This document shows positions 10,295 to 23,520 of a stretch of DNA of 64,000 nucleotides, piece by piece. Position 1 is the stretch's first letter; the number at the start of each line of letters is the position of its first letter. A program made the translations under genes and the position numbers. Below the pieces are notes generated by a model. The model was given only the letters and a program-made list of their open reading frames with translations, was not told where the DNA came from and made no database searches. This DNA is from Rhizophagus irregularis (taxonomy: Eukaryota): the NCBI RefSeq assembly GCF_026210795.1, contig NC_089435.1:2418001-2482000 (forward strand), read 5' to 3'.

Positions 10295-13200
10295 GTTAAA
10301 ACTATTTAGTATTACATTGTTGGCATTTACAGGTAATCATTACAATTATTATATAAATGCTTGCATCCACTATATAATTCAACTCCATTTTTAAAACCAC
10401 TTTGTAAATTTATGCTGCTTATTGAAGCAAACAAAAGGGTTTAACTGAATTCTTATCTATTTCTTTCTTATCTATATATATATTAGCCAAAATATCCATT
10501 GCACGCTCATCACCATTTTCTGCTGCTTCTTGATACCAATAAAAGGCTACTTCAAAATCCCTTCTTGTTCCTTTTCCATCATAATAACAATTGGCTAAAT
10601 TAAACATTGCATCTTTAAACCCATTTTCCGCTGCTTTTTGATACCAATAAAAGGCCTTTTCTAAATTTTTTTCTACTTCTTTTCCAATCCTATATTTATT
10701 AGCTAAATTAAACATTGTTTCTTTAACACCATTTTTTACTTCTATTTTATACAAAATGAAGGCATTTCTTAAATTCTTTTCTGTATCTTCTCTACTATAA
10801 TACCAATTGGCTAAATTATTCATTGCTTCTTTAATACCATTTTCTGCTGCTTTTTTGTACAAATGAAAGACTTCTTCTAAATTCTTTTCTGTCTTTTCTT
10901 CATTTTCATAACATATGGTTTGTTGCATTTTGATACAAACAAAAGGTTTTTTCTAAATTTTTTTCTGTTCCTTCTTCATTATAAAACATACTCATTGCTT
11001 TAATATGATCTTTTTCTGCTGCTTTTTGATACCAATAGAAGGCTTTTTCTAAATTCTTTTCTATTCCTTTTCCATTTTTATAAAATATGGCTAAATTATT
11101 CATTGCTATAATATGATCTTTTTCTGCTGCTTTTTGATACCAAAAAAAGGCTTTTTTTAAATTCATTTCTGTTCCTTTTCCATTTTCATAACTATTGGCT
11201 AATTCATTCATTGCATATTCAAACCCATTTTCCGCTGCTTTTTGATACCAATAAAAGGCTTTTTCTAAATTCTTTTTTGTTCCTTCTCCAATTTCATAAA
11301 ATATGGCTAATTTGTATATTGCAACTTCATGACCATTTTCCGCTGCTTTTTGATACCAATAAAAGGCTTTTTCTAAATTCTCTTTTGTTCCATGTCCAAT
11401 TTCATAAAATATTGCTAAATTAAACATTGCATCAGTAAACCCATTTTCTGCTGCTTTTTGATACCAATAAAAGGCTTTTTCTAAATTCTCTTTTGTTCCA
11501 TGTCCAATTTCATAAAATATTGCTAAATTAAACATTGCATCAGTAAACCCATTTTCTGCTGCTTTTTGATACCAATAAAAGGCTTTTTCTAAATTCTTTT
11601 CTATTCCTTTTCCATTTTTATAAAATATGGCTAAATTGTTCATTGCTTTAATATGATCTTTTTTTGCTGCTTTTTGATACCAAAAAAAGGCCTTTTCTAA
11701 ATTCTTTTCTGTTTTTTCTCCATTTTCATAACATATGGCTAAATTATTCATTGCATCGGTGAAATCATTTTCTGCTGCTTTTTGATACCAATAAAAGGCT
11801 TTATCTAAATTTTTTTCTGTTCCTTCTCCATTATAATACATACTGGCTAGATTAAACATTGCTTTAATATGATCTTTTTCTGCCGCATTTTGATACCAAT
11901 AAAAGGCTTTTTCTGAATTCTTTTCTGTTACTTTTCCATTTTCATAACTATTAGCTAAATTATACATTGCTTCTTTAACACCATTTTCTGCTGCTTTTTG
12001 ATACCAATAAAGGGCTTTTTCTAAATTATTTTCTGTTCCTTCTCCATTATAATACATACTGGCTAGATTAAACATTGCTTTAATATAATCTTTTTCCGCT
12101 GTTTTTTGATGCCAATAAAAGGCTTTTTCTAAATTCTTTTCCATTTCTCCTCCATTTTCATAGCATATTGCTAAATTAAACATCGCTTTAATATGATCTT
12201 CTTCTGCTGCTTTTTGAAACCAGTAAAAGGCTTTTTCTAAATTCTTTTCTGTTTCTTTTCCATTTTTATAACTATTGGCTAAATTAAACATTGCTTTGAT
12301 ATGATCATTTTCTGCTGCTTTTTGATACCAATAAAAGGCTTTTTCTAAATTCTTTTCTGTTCCTTTTCCATTTTCATAACATATAGCTAAATTAAACATT
12401 GCATATTTATCACTGTTTTCTGCTGCTTTTTGATACCAATAAAAGCTTTTTCTAAATTATTTTCTGTTCCTTTTCCTTTTTCATAACAAATGGCTAAACT
12501 ATTCATTGCCTCTTTGACACCATTTTCTGTTGCTTTTTGATACAATTGAAAGGCTTTTTTTGAATTCTTTTCTGTTTCTTTCAGATTTCTATAGCATATG
12601 GTTAAATTAAGCATTGCATCTTTATTGCCATTTTCTACTGCTTTTTGAAACCAATAGAGGGCTTTTTCTAAATTCTTTTCTGTTCCTTCTCCATTTATAT
12701 AACATATGGCTAAACTATTCATTGACTCTTTATCACCACTTTCTGCTGCTTTTTGATACCAATAAAAGGCTTTTTCTAAATTAATTTCTGTTCCTTTTCC
12801 ATTCCTATATTTATTGGCCAAATTAAACATTGCTTCTTTAACACCATTTTCTACTGCTTTTTGATACAAAATAAAGGCTTTTTTTAAATTCTTTTCTGTT
12901 CCTTCTCCATTATAATATCTATTGGCTAAATTATTCATTGCTTCTTTAATACCATTTTCTGCTGCTTTTTGATACAAATGAAAGGCTTTTTTTAAATTCT
13001 TTTCTGTTCCTTTTCCATTATAATACCAACTAGCTAAGTTGAACATTGCTTCTTTAACACCATTTTCTGCTGCTTTTTGATAACAATAAAAGGCTTGTTC
13101 TAAATCTTTTTTTGTTCCTTCTTCATTTTCATAACATATGGCTAAATTAAACATTGCTTCTTTAACACCATTTTCTGCTGCTTTTTGATACAAATGAAAG

Positions 13201-14179
13201 GCTTTTTCTAAATTAATTTCTGTTCCTTTTCCATTTTTATAACATATGGCTAAATTAAATATAGCTTCTTTAATACCATTTTCCGCTGCTTTTTGATACA
13301 AATGAAAGGCTTTTTCTAAATTCTTTTCTATTCCCTCTCCATTATAATACCTATTGGCTAAATTAAACATTGCTTCTTTAACACAATTTTCTGCTGCTTT
13401 TTGATACCAATAAAAGGCTTTCCTAAATCCTTTTCCATCCCTTTTCCATTTTCATAACATATAGCTAAATTAAACATTGCTTCCTTAACACCATTTTCTG
13501 CTTCTTTTTGATACCAATAAAAGGCTTTTTTCAAATTTTTTATTGTTCCTTCTCCATTTCTATAACATATGGCTAAATTAAACATTGCATCTTCATTACC
13601 GTTTTCTGCTGCTTTTTGATACCAATGAAAAACTTTTTCTAAATTCCTTTTTGTACCTTTTCCATTTTCATAACATATGGCTAAATTAAACATTGCTTTA
13701 ATATGATTTTTTTCTGCTGCTTTTTGAAACCAATGAAAGGCTTTTTCTAAATTCTTTTCTGTTCCTTCTCCATTATAATAGCATATGGCCAATTTATTCA
13801 TTGCTTTTTCATAACCATTTTCTGCTGCTTTTTGATACCAGTGAAAAGCTTTTTCTAAATTCTTTTCTGTTCCTTCTCCATTGTAATACCTTTTGGCTAG
13901 ATTAAACATTGCTTCAATATGATTTTTTTCTGCTGCATTTTGATATAAATAAAATGCTTTTTCTAAATTCTTTTTTGCTCCTTCCTCATCTCTATATTTA
14001 TTGGCTAAATTAAACATTGCTACTTTATCACCATTTTCGGTTAATTTTTCCAAAGAACTAATACATTCTTTACACCATAATTCTTCAATAAAAGGTTTAT
14101 TACAATATAAACAATTTTCGTTGTTTATTGTATCAGTATCTTTGTTTGAGATATTTAAATTACTCAAATTAGTTTCCAT
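10295..14179 (-). pseudogene. Zn-ribbon + ~34 Sel1-like repeat gene, frameshifted, kinase domain lost
   Basis: Four consecutive ORFs in different frames form one array of 36-aa AMFNLA..Y..G.G...NLEKAFYWYQKAAE repeats. The N-terminus METNLSNLNIS...CLYCNK...WCKEC is paralogous to 18911 and 27825. A decayed linker relic (TGCCAACAATGTAATACTAAA on -) lies at ~10295-10405. Confidence 0.85.
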
Positions 14180-16699
14180 TTAGTTATTTTAGAAATTTAT
14201 TTTACCTAAAAAAATTTATTATTTTTTTTTTTGGATAAGTTTTTTTTTTATTCGGTACTGTCATTGAATGGGTTACTAAAAAGGAATATTTTAACCAAAA
14301 GTCGATGTTAGGATTTTTTTTTCGGGCCATATTTTTTCCGGTGCACTGATCTGCGTTGAGTTATGTACTAAAAAAAATTTAGTTTAATTTTTTTAAAAGT
14401 TTAAGATTATAAGTAACAATTTTATTAGCATTTTCTCAAATAAAATTTGGATAAATGAGTATTAATTTAATATTTTCACAAATAAAACTTTTAAAATATT
14501 TATAAGTGTACAGAAATCATTATTTTTAAATTAATTATTTCGCTTTGATTTCTGGTTATTATGTGATGATTCAATAGTAATTTTCTTCATTCTTGGAAAT
14601 TTGACGTTACATAAAATAATAAATGATTATTATAAATTAAAATCATGTTATACACATATAGCATTAAAAAAAAAAAAATTTAAGGACATCATATACTTAA
14701 AATTTAATAATGGCTAAATATATAAAAACTTTTTAAAAATAAAGGTGTTGAAAATATATAAAAACTAATTAAAAATAAATGTAAAATATATAATAACTTT
14801 TTAAAAATAAAATGTTAAAAAATCAATAGGAAATTATTATAAACTTCAAGTTCAGAACAAACAAATTCTAATTTCTCATACCGGTCCATGCGCCATCACT
14901 GTAATTCTAATTTTGTATTATATATTATTTGATTTTCATTTATAAGTATGTTTCATTATTTCTTGTCTAACATTAATAAAGAAATGCGTTGCAATTTAAA
15001 AAAAGAAGAGTCGATTATTATTTTCGGGATATATTTTTTCCGATGCATTGATCTGCACTATTGATTAATCGATGAGATTTCTAATTTTAGTTAAAACATA
15101 CTTTTCAGTAACTCATTATAGATTTGTTCCGGACATCACAATTCATGTTTGTTGATTTGAAGGGTGCAGATCTTACTAAAAAATTTTTATTTTTTTATCG
15201 GTAATAATTTTTATTTTATTTTAATGGTTTAGAAGCTTCTGACTTAAAAAAAAATTTTAAGATTGATCAAAAAAAAAAATCGATCACATGATTTTAAATC
15301 AAGTCAATAAAATACATAAAATATTTGCAATCGATGAATGGGGACTCAAAATTTTGGAACAATATATCAGACAATAGTTACGCTTTTTCTACTTAGTAAG
15401 AAACAAATATACTTTCACGTTGGAAAGAATAAAACATGAGCCAATTAATTTAAATATCAGCTTCGAATTAGCCTGTTTCGATAACGTAAAAATAAAGATC
15501 ATTTAATAATAGTTAGTCACAATTCACAAATCACAATACAATACTTTCAATCATTATTGACTGAATTAAAATACACTGGTCATATGTAGAGTTAAATTAA
15601 ATAATGATTTGACATCATCCTGATTTTCGTAATTATGATGCCTAAAACATAAGTTATTTACACTTCGATTTTATGGAAACTACTTAGACTAGTTATTTTA
15701 ACTGAAAAGGCACAAAATATAATATTTAGTATAGTACTTTCGCATTTTCTAAAGAATCTAGAGATATTTTGATAAACAAGAGATCAATCTTTTTGCTGAA
15801 ATTTATCAGACGCTTTCATTTAATTATAGAGACATTTAGATCTACAACTTTTAGACGAAATTCATATCTATGATGATTGATGAAAAATGAATTATTAAGA
15901 TTATTTATTAATAATAATGCAGATTTTATTTCACTTTTTATTCTATTTGATTATAAATATCAAATAAACTTTATTTCATGAAATAATCAATGCTTTTAAA
16001 TCTTAAATTCTTTTCTTGTCGTAATGATAATTGAGCAAATTGATTAAATTATTCAACTGGGTTATCGGAATAATTAGATTAATTGAAATTAAATAGTATC
16101 CGTATTGGTGAATATCATAAATATGGTATTAGTTAAAAAAAACTGCTACTATCCAAAACCTATATTTATTATCTTTTAATTGGACATTTTGTTTTACATT
16201 TTGTAAATACATGAACCTTTACAATAATTCGTCATTTCGTTAAAAATGTTTTATAATGATATTTTTAAAATTACTTATTTTCTTTATTTATTCGAATAAA
16301 AATTTTGTAATTTAATTATCATGTACCTTATCTTCCTTTTTATTGTTTATTAAAATTCATTCGCAAAGACAAAGATGATGTGAAAAATTTTTACATTCGA
16401 TTGAAATTTGATAATTTTGGAAAAAACTAAACAAGTTTATTATGGTAATGATGAATTTGATAAGTTTTAGATTCGAGAGTTGAGTGAACTTTAAATAAGA
16501 AACACTTTGAAATTCTTTAAAATGATAATTTTAAAATTTTTGATTATAATATCATTATTATTGTAGAATTACACATTTATCAACTGTTCACTCTATTATC
16601 CGCACTTAACATATATGGTGCGGAAGAAAATAATCAAATTCATATCCCGCCCATGCATCATTATTGTGAAGCATGAACTATAATTGTTAATACGTTACA

Positions 16700-17299
16700 T
16701 AAAATAGGCTGGTGGTCACGTTTGCGATAAATAAATAAGGGCGTCAGTTTTATCTTTTTTTTAAAAAAAAAAATGGAGTGGTTCATCAAAAATCCCTCTA
16801 TCATCTCTTTTTGTCTTGGTGTGAAACGGGAGGTGGCGGACGGAGAAAAAAAGGAAATAAAATTTTTTTTGAAGAACCAATTATTTTGGAGAGCGGTTGC
16901 AACATCAGTTGATCAGCGGACAGTGGGCGTAACAATCAACAAACGGAATTTTATTTAGCCATCACGAAACGTCGAAACGTCAAGACGTGTGAAACGAGGG
17001 TTGCTCTCGTCGAATGAGCGTATCACCCACCTGCGGATGCTCTAGTCCATGGAGCCTGGATTTAGTCTTTGGGGAGGATTCCGTCCTTGGGTATAAATTA
17101 GTATAGATAATTAAATAATTGATGGCGTAGTCTGGTGCATAGAGTAAATTAGAGCGTGTTTATTTATAGTGGTTTAGATTAGGTTAGTTATAGAGTTATC
17201 GTTAATATAGTTAACCAATATCTCTATGTATATTAAAAAATTATGTACCTGTTCGTGTTTCATAATTAATAAAATGTGTTGCTAATTATAAAAAAAAAA
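16700..17299 (+). mobile_element. Probable non-autonomous retroposon / LINE-derived fragment
   Basis: Relatively GC-rich non-coding island that ends in AATAAA plus an A-tract at ~17290-17299. No TSD found; 5' boundary uncertain. Confidence 0.3.
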
Positions 17300-17312
17300 T
17301 GTTGGTATATTT

Positions 17313-17730
17313 GTGATGGATATTTTCATTAAAAGAACATGGTCGCCACTAATTAACTATTTCTTCAAGAATTTAAAAGATTATTTAATTTGTACAGATT
17401 TAATGGCTAAATCACCCGAAAATATATTTAAATCATTTGATTTTACTTCACTTCCTGAAAAATCTTTGGTTTCACTTATTAAAAGATATGATTTACAAAT
17501 GAAAGAAATTAAAATTTGGGAACACGTATTAAAAATGGGGAATTATAAAAATCCTATACTTCTTCTGGATCCTACAACTTGGTCAGATGATGATTTTAAA
17601 ATAATAGAATGCAACATTGTATTCTAATATTGAACCAAGTAATTATATTTTTCTTCCTAGATATAGAAATATGATGGAATAATTGATTCAAAATTGTTAA
17701 TTTAAATATTGTTTCTCTAATTTCAAGAAA
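17313..17730 (+). pseudogene. BTB-BACK-TLDc family fragment (BACK region)
   Basis: CTDLMAKSPENIFKSFDFTSLPEKSLVSLIKRYDLQMKEIKIWEHVLK resembles the BACK segment of the 7228-8731 gene. Followed by an IIDSKIVNLNIVSLISR relic. Truncated. Confidence 0.7.
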
Positions 17731-18439
17731 TTAATGAATTATGATAAAAAAAAAAATCAAAACATATACTTTTAAATATCGTATCTCATTTATTAGGGAT
17801 TCAATAGGATTCTGAGAGTTTTGTAAACATTTTAAAGTAAAAATTTTTACTTGGATATCTTACAAAGTTTCCAGAATTATAAATCATTCTTTTCCTAAAT
17901 CGCCTTCCTATCCTTACCCAAAATGTTTTCCTAACTATACCTTAAGCTGGTACTGCAAGAAAATTTCATGCTTAATATAGATCACGTTCTGGACGGATGA
18001 ACGCATGGTTGAAGTCTACGTAATAGTTAATAGTCGTAATACAGTATATATGCAGATCATTGATCACGTGCCCGGCCGGCCATTGAATGCCGCTTTTGGT
18101 AATAAAAAAAATTCATGATGTCAATTTTTTTTTTATTAAAACTAACCATAGAAAAATAATTGCTTTGTAAAAAATTATCCCAACTTAAGAAATAATTTTT
18201 TCACTACAATAAATAAAACTAAATAATGAAAAAATCATCTTTTTTCAAAAATAAATTTTGATTTAAACAGAGTATGTAAACTAAAAATCAGCTACAATCA
18301 AACCAAATAACCAAATGCAATGTATTGCATTCTCAAAAAGGAAAATTGTGTTCATATGATCATATTTCGGACATTTATTCTTATTAGACAAATAATGAAC
18401 CTGTGAGACATAATTTCACTACTATCATATGATCATGCG

Positions 18440-18515
18440 TATATGATTGTCTCACGATTGTCTCATGATTTAGTCTCATGACATTGTCTCATGATTGTCT
18501 CATGATTGTCTCATA
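18440..18515. repeat. 11-bp tandem repeat (ATTGTCTCATG)n, about 6 copies
   Basis: GTCTCATGA/GTCTCACGA units are visible. The same motif occurs near 61080. Confidence 0.75.
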
Positions 18516-18910
18516 ACGAATGGATGAACGATTCCTGATCTTCCCGATAAACATCCGTGAATATTAAATTCACTCACATCTCCTTCCCTTTTTACTTTTA
18601 AATTTTTTTTTCTTAAAAAAAAAAATTTTTCTTTAAACTTAATATTTCTCATCCATTACCCTTTTTTAAAAAATATATTATTTTGTTTTTTTTTAACTAC
18701 CCGCTATCTCCTTTTTTTTTAAAAAAAAAAACGTATTTGATTTTTTCTCGAAGCTTTTTCTTTTAAAAAACTTCTTTATATTCACCATTTTATTTTATTT
18801 TTTATTTTGTAGACCCACGTCTACTTTTGGTTAAATTATTCTCTTTTAATAACTTTATTCATTAAATATTAAAAAAAATTTGTTTTTTTTCAAGTAAAAT
18901 AAATAACCAA

Positions 18911-21900
18911 ATGGAAGCCAAAATTAGTGAATTAAATATTTCAGATAAAGATACTGATACAGTAAACATCATAAATTGTTCGTATTGCAATAAAACTTTT
19001 ACTGAAGAATTATATTGCAAAGAATGTATTAATTCTTTTGAAAAATTAGCAAAAAATGGTGATATTAAAGCAATGCTTAATTTAGCCATATGTTATAGAA
19101 ATGGAGATAAAACAGAAAATAATTTAGAAAAAGCCTTTTATTGGTATCAAAAAGCAGCAGAAAATGATGATAAAGAAGCAATGTTTTATTTAGCCAATAC
19201 ATATAGAAATGGAGAAGGGACAGAAAGGAATTTAGAAAAAGCCTTTTATTGGTATCAAAAAGCAGCAGAAAATGGTGTAAAAGCAGCAATGTTTTATTTA
19301 GCCAGGTGCTACAATTATGGAGTTGGAACAGATAGGAATTTAGTAAAATCCTTTAATTGGTATCAAAAAGCAGAAGAAAATGGTGTTAAAGAGGCAATGT
19401 ATTATTTAGCCTTATGTTATGGAAATGGAGAAGGGACACAAAAACATTTAATAAAAGCCTTTAATGGGTATCAAAAAGCAGCAGAAGATGGTGTTAAAGA
19501 AGCAATGTATTATTTAGCCACATGTTATAGAAAAGGAGAAGGGACACAAAAGAATTTAGAAAAAGCCTTTTATTGGTATCAAAAAGCAGCAGAAAATGGT
19601 GTTAAAGTGGCAATGTGTAGTTTAGCCATATGCTATGAAAATGGAGAAGGAACAGAAAAGAATTTAAAAAAGGCCTTTTATTGGTATCAAATAGCGGCAG
19701 AAAATGGATATGCAAATGCAATGTTTAATTTAGCCAATTCATATAGAAATGGAGATGGAACAGTAAAGAATTTAGAAAAAGCCTTATATTGGTATCAAAA
19801 ATCAGCTGAAAATGGTAATGAATTAGCAATGCTTAATTTACTTACTTATTATCATGAATATGGAGTAAAAACAGAAGGGGATTTAGAAAAATCTTTTAAT
19901 TTGATTCAAAATGCAGCAGAAAATGGTAATGAAGAAGCAATGTTTGATTTAGCCATATGTTATGAAAATGGAAAAGGAATAGACAAGAATTTAGTAAAAG
20001 CCTTTCATTGGTATCAAAAATTAGCAGAAAAAGGTAATAATGCGAATGCAATGTTTAATTTAGCCATATGTTATGAAAATGGAAAAGGAATAGAAAAGAA
20101 TTTAAAAGAAGCCTTTCATTGGTATCAAAAATCAGCAGAAAAAGAAGATGGTAATGTGGATGCAATGTTTAATTTAGCCAACTATTATCATGAAAATGGA
20201 TTAGGAATAGATAGGGATTTAGAAAAAGCCTTTGATTGGTGTCAAAAAGCAGCAAAAAGAGGTCATAAACAAGCAATGTTTAATTTAGCCACATGTTATG
20301 AAAATGGAGAAGGAACAAAAAAGGATTTAAAAGAAGCCTTTGATTGGTACCAAAAAGCAGTAAAAGATGATGATAAACAAGCAATGTTTAAATTAGCCGC
20401 ATGTTATGAAAATGGAGAAGGAACAGAAAAGGATTTAGAAAAAGCCTTTTATTGGTGTCATAAAGTAATAGAAACTATTAATGAAGAAGCAATGTTTTAT
20501 TTAGCCAATGAAAATGGAGAAGGAACAGAAAAGGATTTAAAAAAAGCCTTTTATTGGTGTCATAAAGCAACAGAAACTGTTAATGAAGAAGCAATGCATT
20601 ATTTAGCCAATAAATATAGAAATGGTGAAGGAACAGAAAAGAATTTAGAAAAAGCCTTTTATTGGTATCAAAAAGCAGCAGAAAATGGTAATACAAAAGC
20701 AATGAATGATTTAGCCATATGTTATAGAAATGGAATAGGGATAGAAAAGGATTTAGAAAAAGGCTTTTATTGGTATCAAAAAGCAGCAGAAAATGGTAAT
20801 ACAAAAGCAATGAATGATTTAGCCATATGTTATAGAAATGGAGTAGGAATAGAAAAGGATTTAGAAAAAGGCTTTTATTGGTATCAAAAAGCAGCAGAAA
20901 ATGGTTTAACTGATTCAATGCATAATTTAGCCATGTGTTATGAAGATGGAGAAGGAACAGAAAAGGATTCGGAAAATGCCTTTCATTGGTATCAAAAAGC
21001 AGCAGAAAATGATAATGAATTAGCAATGTATAATTTAGCCATACATTATGAATATGGAGTAGGAACAGAAATGAATCCAGAAAAAGCCTTTCAATGGTAT
21101 CAAAAAGCAGCAGAAAATGGTCATGAAGTTGCAATGTTCAAATTAGCTATATATTATGAAAATGGAATAGCAATAGAAAAAAAATTAGAAAAAGCCTTTT
21201 ATTGGCATCAAAAAGCAACTGAAAGTAACAAAGTAAATTTTAAAAATGAAGTTGAATTATGCAATGAATGTGAACAACATATTGATTACCAGTGGTGCCA
21301 ACAATGTAATGCTAAACGATTTCAACAAGGTTTTTCAAAGTGGACTAGTAATAATAAATTTATTGATAAATTTATTCAAGAAGCACAACTTAATGCCAAA
21401 AGCAGTTATGAATTTTTGGAGTGGATACCTTATAATAAATTGTTAAGCATTAATTATTATGATAAAGGAGGATTTAGTGAAATTCATAAAGCTATCTGGT
21501 CAGATGGGCCTGTCTTTAGTTGGAATTTTGATAAACAGCAGTGGAATAGACAAACAAATCATGAGGTTATTCTTAAAATGCTTAATAATTCATCAGATGA
21601 ATTAGATGAATTTCTGAATGAGGTATAGTATTTATATTTAATGGTAAATTTTATTTTCCTTTGCAATAATTTAATAATTTTTTTTATAATATTGATTATA
21701 TAGTGGAAGTATCATTATAATTGTCAGAAAAAATCATTTTCAAAATTTGTTCAATTCTTTGGAATTACCCAAGATCCAAATACTTCAAAATATATGATAG
21801 TAATGAGTTATGCAAAAAAAGGAAGTTTTAGAAAATGTTTATATGATATAATTAAATTTAAGTGGCAAGACAAGTTACAATTATTGAAAAAAATTATATT

Positions 21901-22675
21901 AGGACTTGAAGTAATCCATGAATCAAAATTAACTCATGGTGATTTTCATGATGGTAATATTTTAATGTCAGAAAATTACAATGAGATATTTATTATTGAT
22001 TTAGGATTATGTAAACCTATAAATAGTAATTTACAAGATTCTGACAATGTAGTTACAGAACATTGTGGAGTTGTACCTTATATGGCGCCTGAAATATTAA
22101 GAAATAAACCCTATACACCAGCAAGTGATATTTATAGTTTCTCAATGATAATGTGGGAATTTACATCAGGTATTCCTCCATTTAATGGTGAAGCATATGA
22201 TGAACTTACCTCGAAAATTTGTCAAGGGGATCGTCCTAAAATTGATGAAAATACTCCACAATGTTATATAGATTTAATGAAAAAATGTTGGGATTCAGAT
22301 CCTTCCAGTAGACCTAATATAAAAATGCTCAACAATATTATATCTAAATGGGTTGTATGTATTAATGATTATTATATATTGAATAGGGATGGAAATCGTA
22401 TCTTTGAAGTACCTAATATTGATAAGAAATTAAAAAATGATATGCTTGAATTTGTAAAAGCAGACAAAGCTTTAACACAAGCAGAAGCAAATTTAACACA
22501 AGAAGAAGCAAATTTAACTCAGGAAGCAAATTTAACTCAGGAAGCAAATTTAACTCAGGAAGCAAATTTAACTCAAGAAAAAATACATTCACAAGCATAT
22601 TCTACAAGTTTTACAAATTCTATAAAGCATGAAACTTATATTCAAGAAGAGTCTCAGGAGATTAATCATATTTAA
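18911..22675 (+). CDS. Zn-ribbon + 20 Sel1-like repeats + tyrosine-kinase-like protein kinase (~1227 aa, 2 exons)
   Basis: Exon 1 18911-21622, GT-AG intron 21623-21703, exon 2 21704-22675 in frame. Kinase motifs KGGFSEIHKA, VILK, HGDFHDGN, IIDLG, YMAPE, SDIYS. Confidence 0.92.
22471..22578 (+). repeat. Coding 18-21-bp minisatellite (QEANLT)n in the kinase C-tail
   Basis: GAAGCAAATTTAAC(A/T)CA(A/G) repeated about 5 times. Confidence 0.85.
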
Positions 22676-22974
22676 GATTAAATAATTCTGTTATTTATTC
22701 TTTATTTATTGAATTATTTATCAGTTATTATATAAAAAATATTTATATTGTCAGTGTACTTTTACATACAGTTTTTATAATAAAGTAAAAAAGAATTGAA
22801 CATTACCATTTTGCAATTTGTTAAGTAAATTAAGTTTAATATCCAAATCCATCATATTTCAAATTACTAATATCATTACTTTAGAATGATATTATAATCG
22901 TTATTTCTTGTAACTAAATTATAATATCTAAAGTATCATTATAAAATTTATTTATTGAAGCTATTCCCAAATGG

Positions 22975-23520
22975 GACAGGTCAACTCGGATGACCTGTTG
23001 GGTTGACCTGAATATTTCGTGTGGGTCAATAAACTTATTGATCCGATAACGGGTCAGGTAAATTTTAATCTGATCCATTTGACCCATTGACCCTTTCATT
23101 AAAAACGTCAAACCTGACATTTTTTCATTAAAAAAAAATAAAAAATAGTTTTTTTTTGATTAAAAAATGTCAAACTCGACGCCTTTCAATTAAAAAAATG
23201 AAAAATAAAATAAAATATTTTTTAATTAATGACATTTTTTCACTAAAAGAATAAAAAAATAAACATTTTTTAATGAAAAAACGTCAAACTCGATGTTGTT
23301 TTATTAGAAAAAAAATAAGAAAATCCTTTTTTTTAATTAAAAATATTAAACCTGACTTTTTTCGTTTAAAAAAATAAAACATTTTTTTCAATTAAAAACG
23401 TAAAGCCTGACATTTTTTCACAAAAAAAATAAGAAAACATTTTTTTTTTCAATTAAAAACGTCAAACCTGACATTTTCTGTTAAAAAAAAAATTTTTTTT
23501 TAATTAAAAAAATCGAACTT
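22975..23520. repeat. Transposon-end relic (GGGTCA/TGACCC motifs) followed by about 7 degenerate ~60-bp AT-rich tandem repeats
   Basis: The unit core TTAAAAACGTCAAACCTGACATTTT recurs at roughly 23100, 23160, 23280, 23340, 23395 and 23455. Confidence 0.6.

Noticed and set aside
11211..21134. Antisense ORFs (11211-11423, 19077-19289, 20580-21134) with repeated HFLLLFDTNKR
   Set aside because: Shadow frames of the Sel1 repeats.
10419..21230. Regular 108-bp repeats that could be mistaken for a CRISPR array or satellite
   Set aside because: They are in-frame coding Sel1 repeats with no repeat-spacer alternation, in a eukaryotic context.
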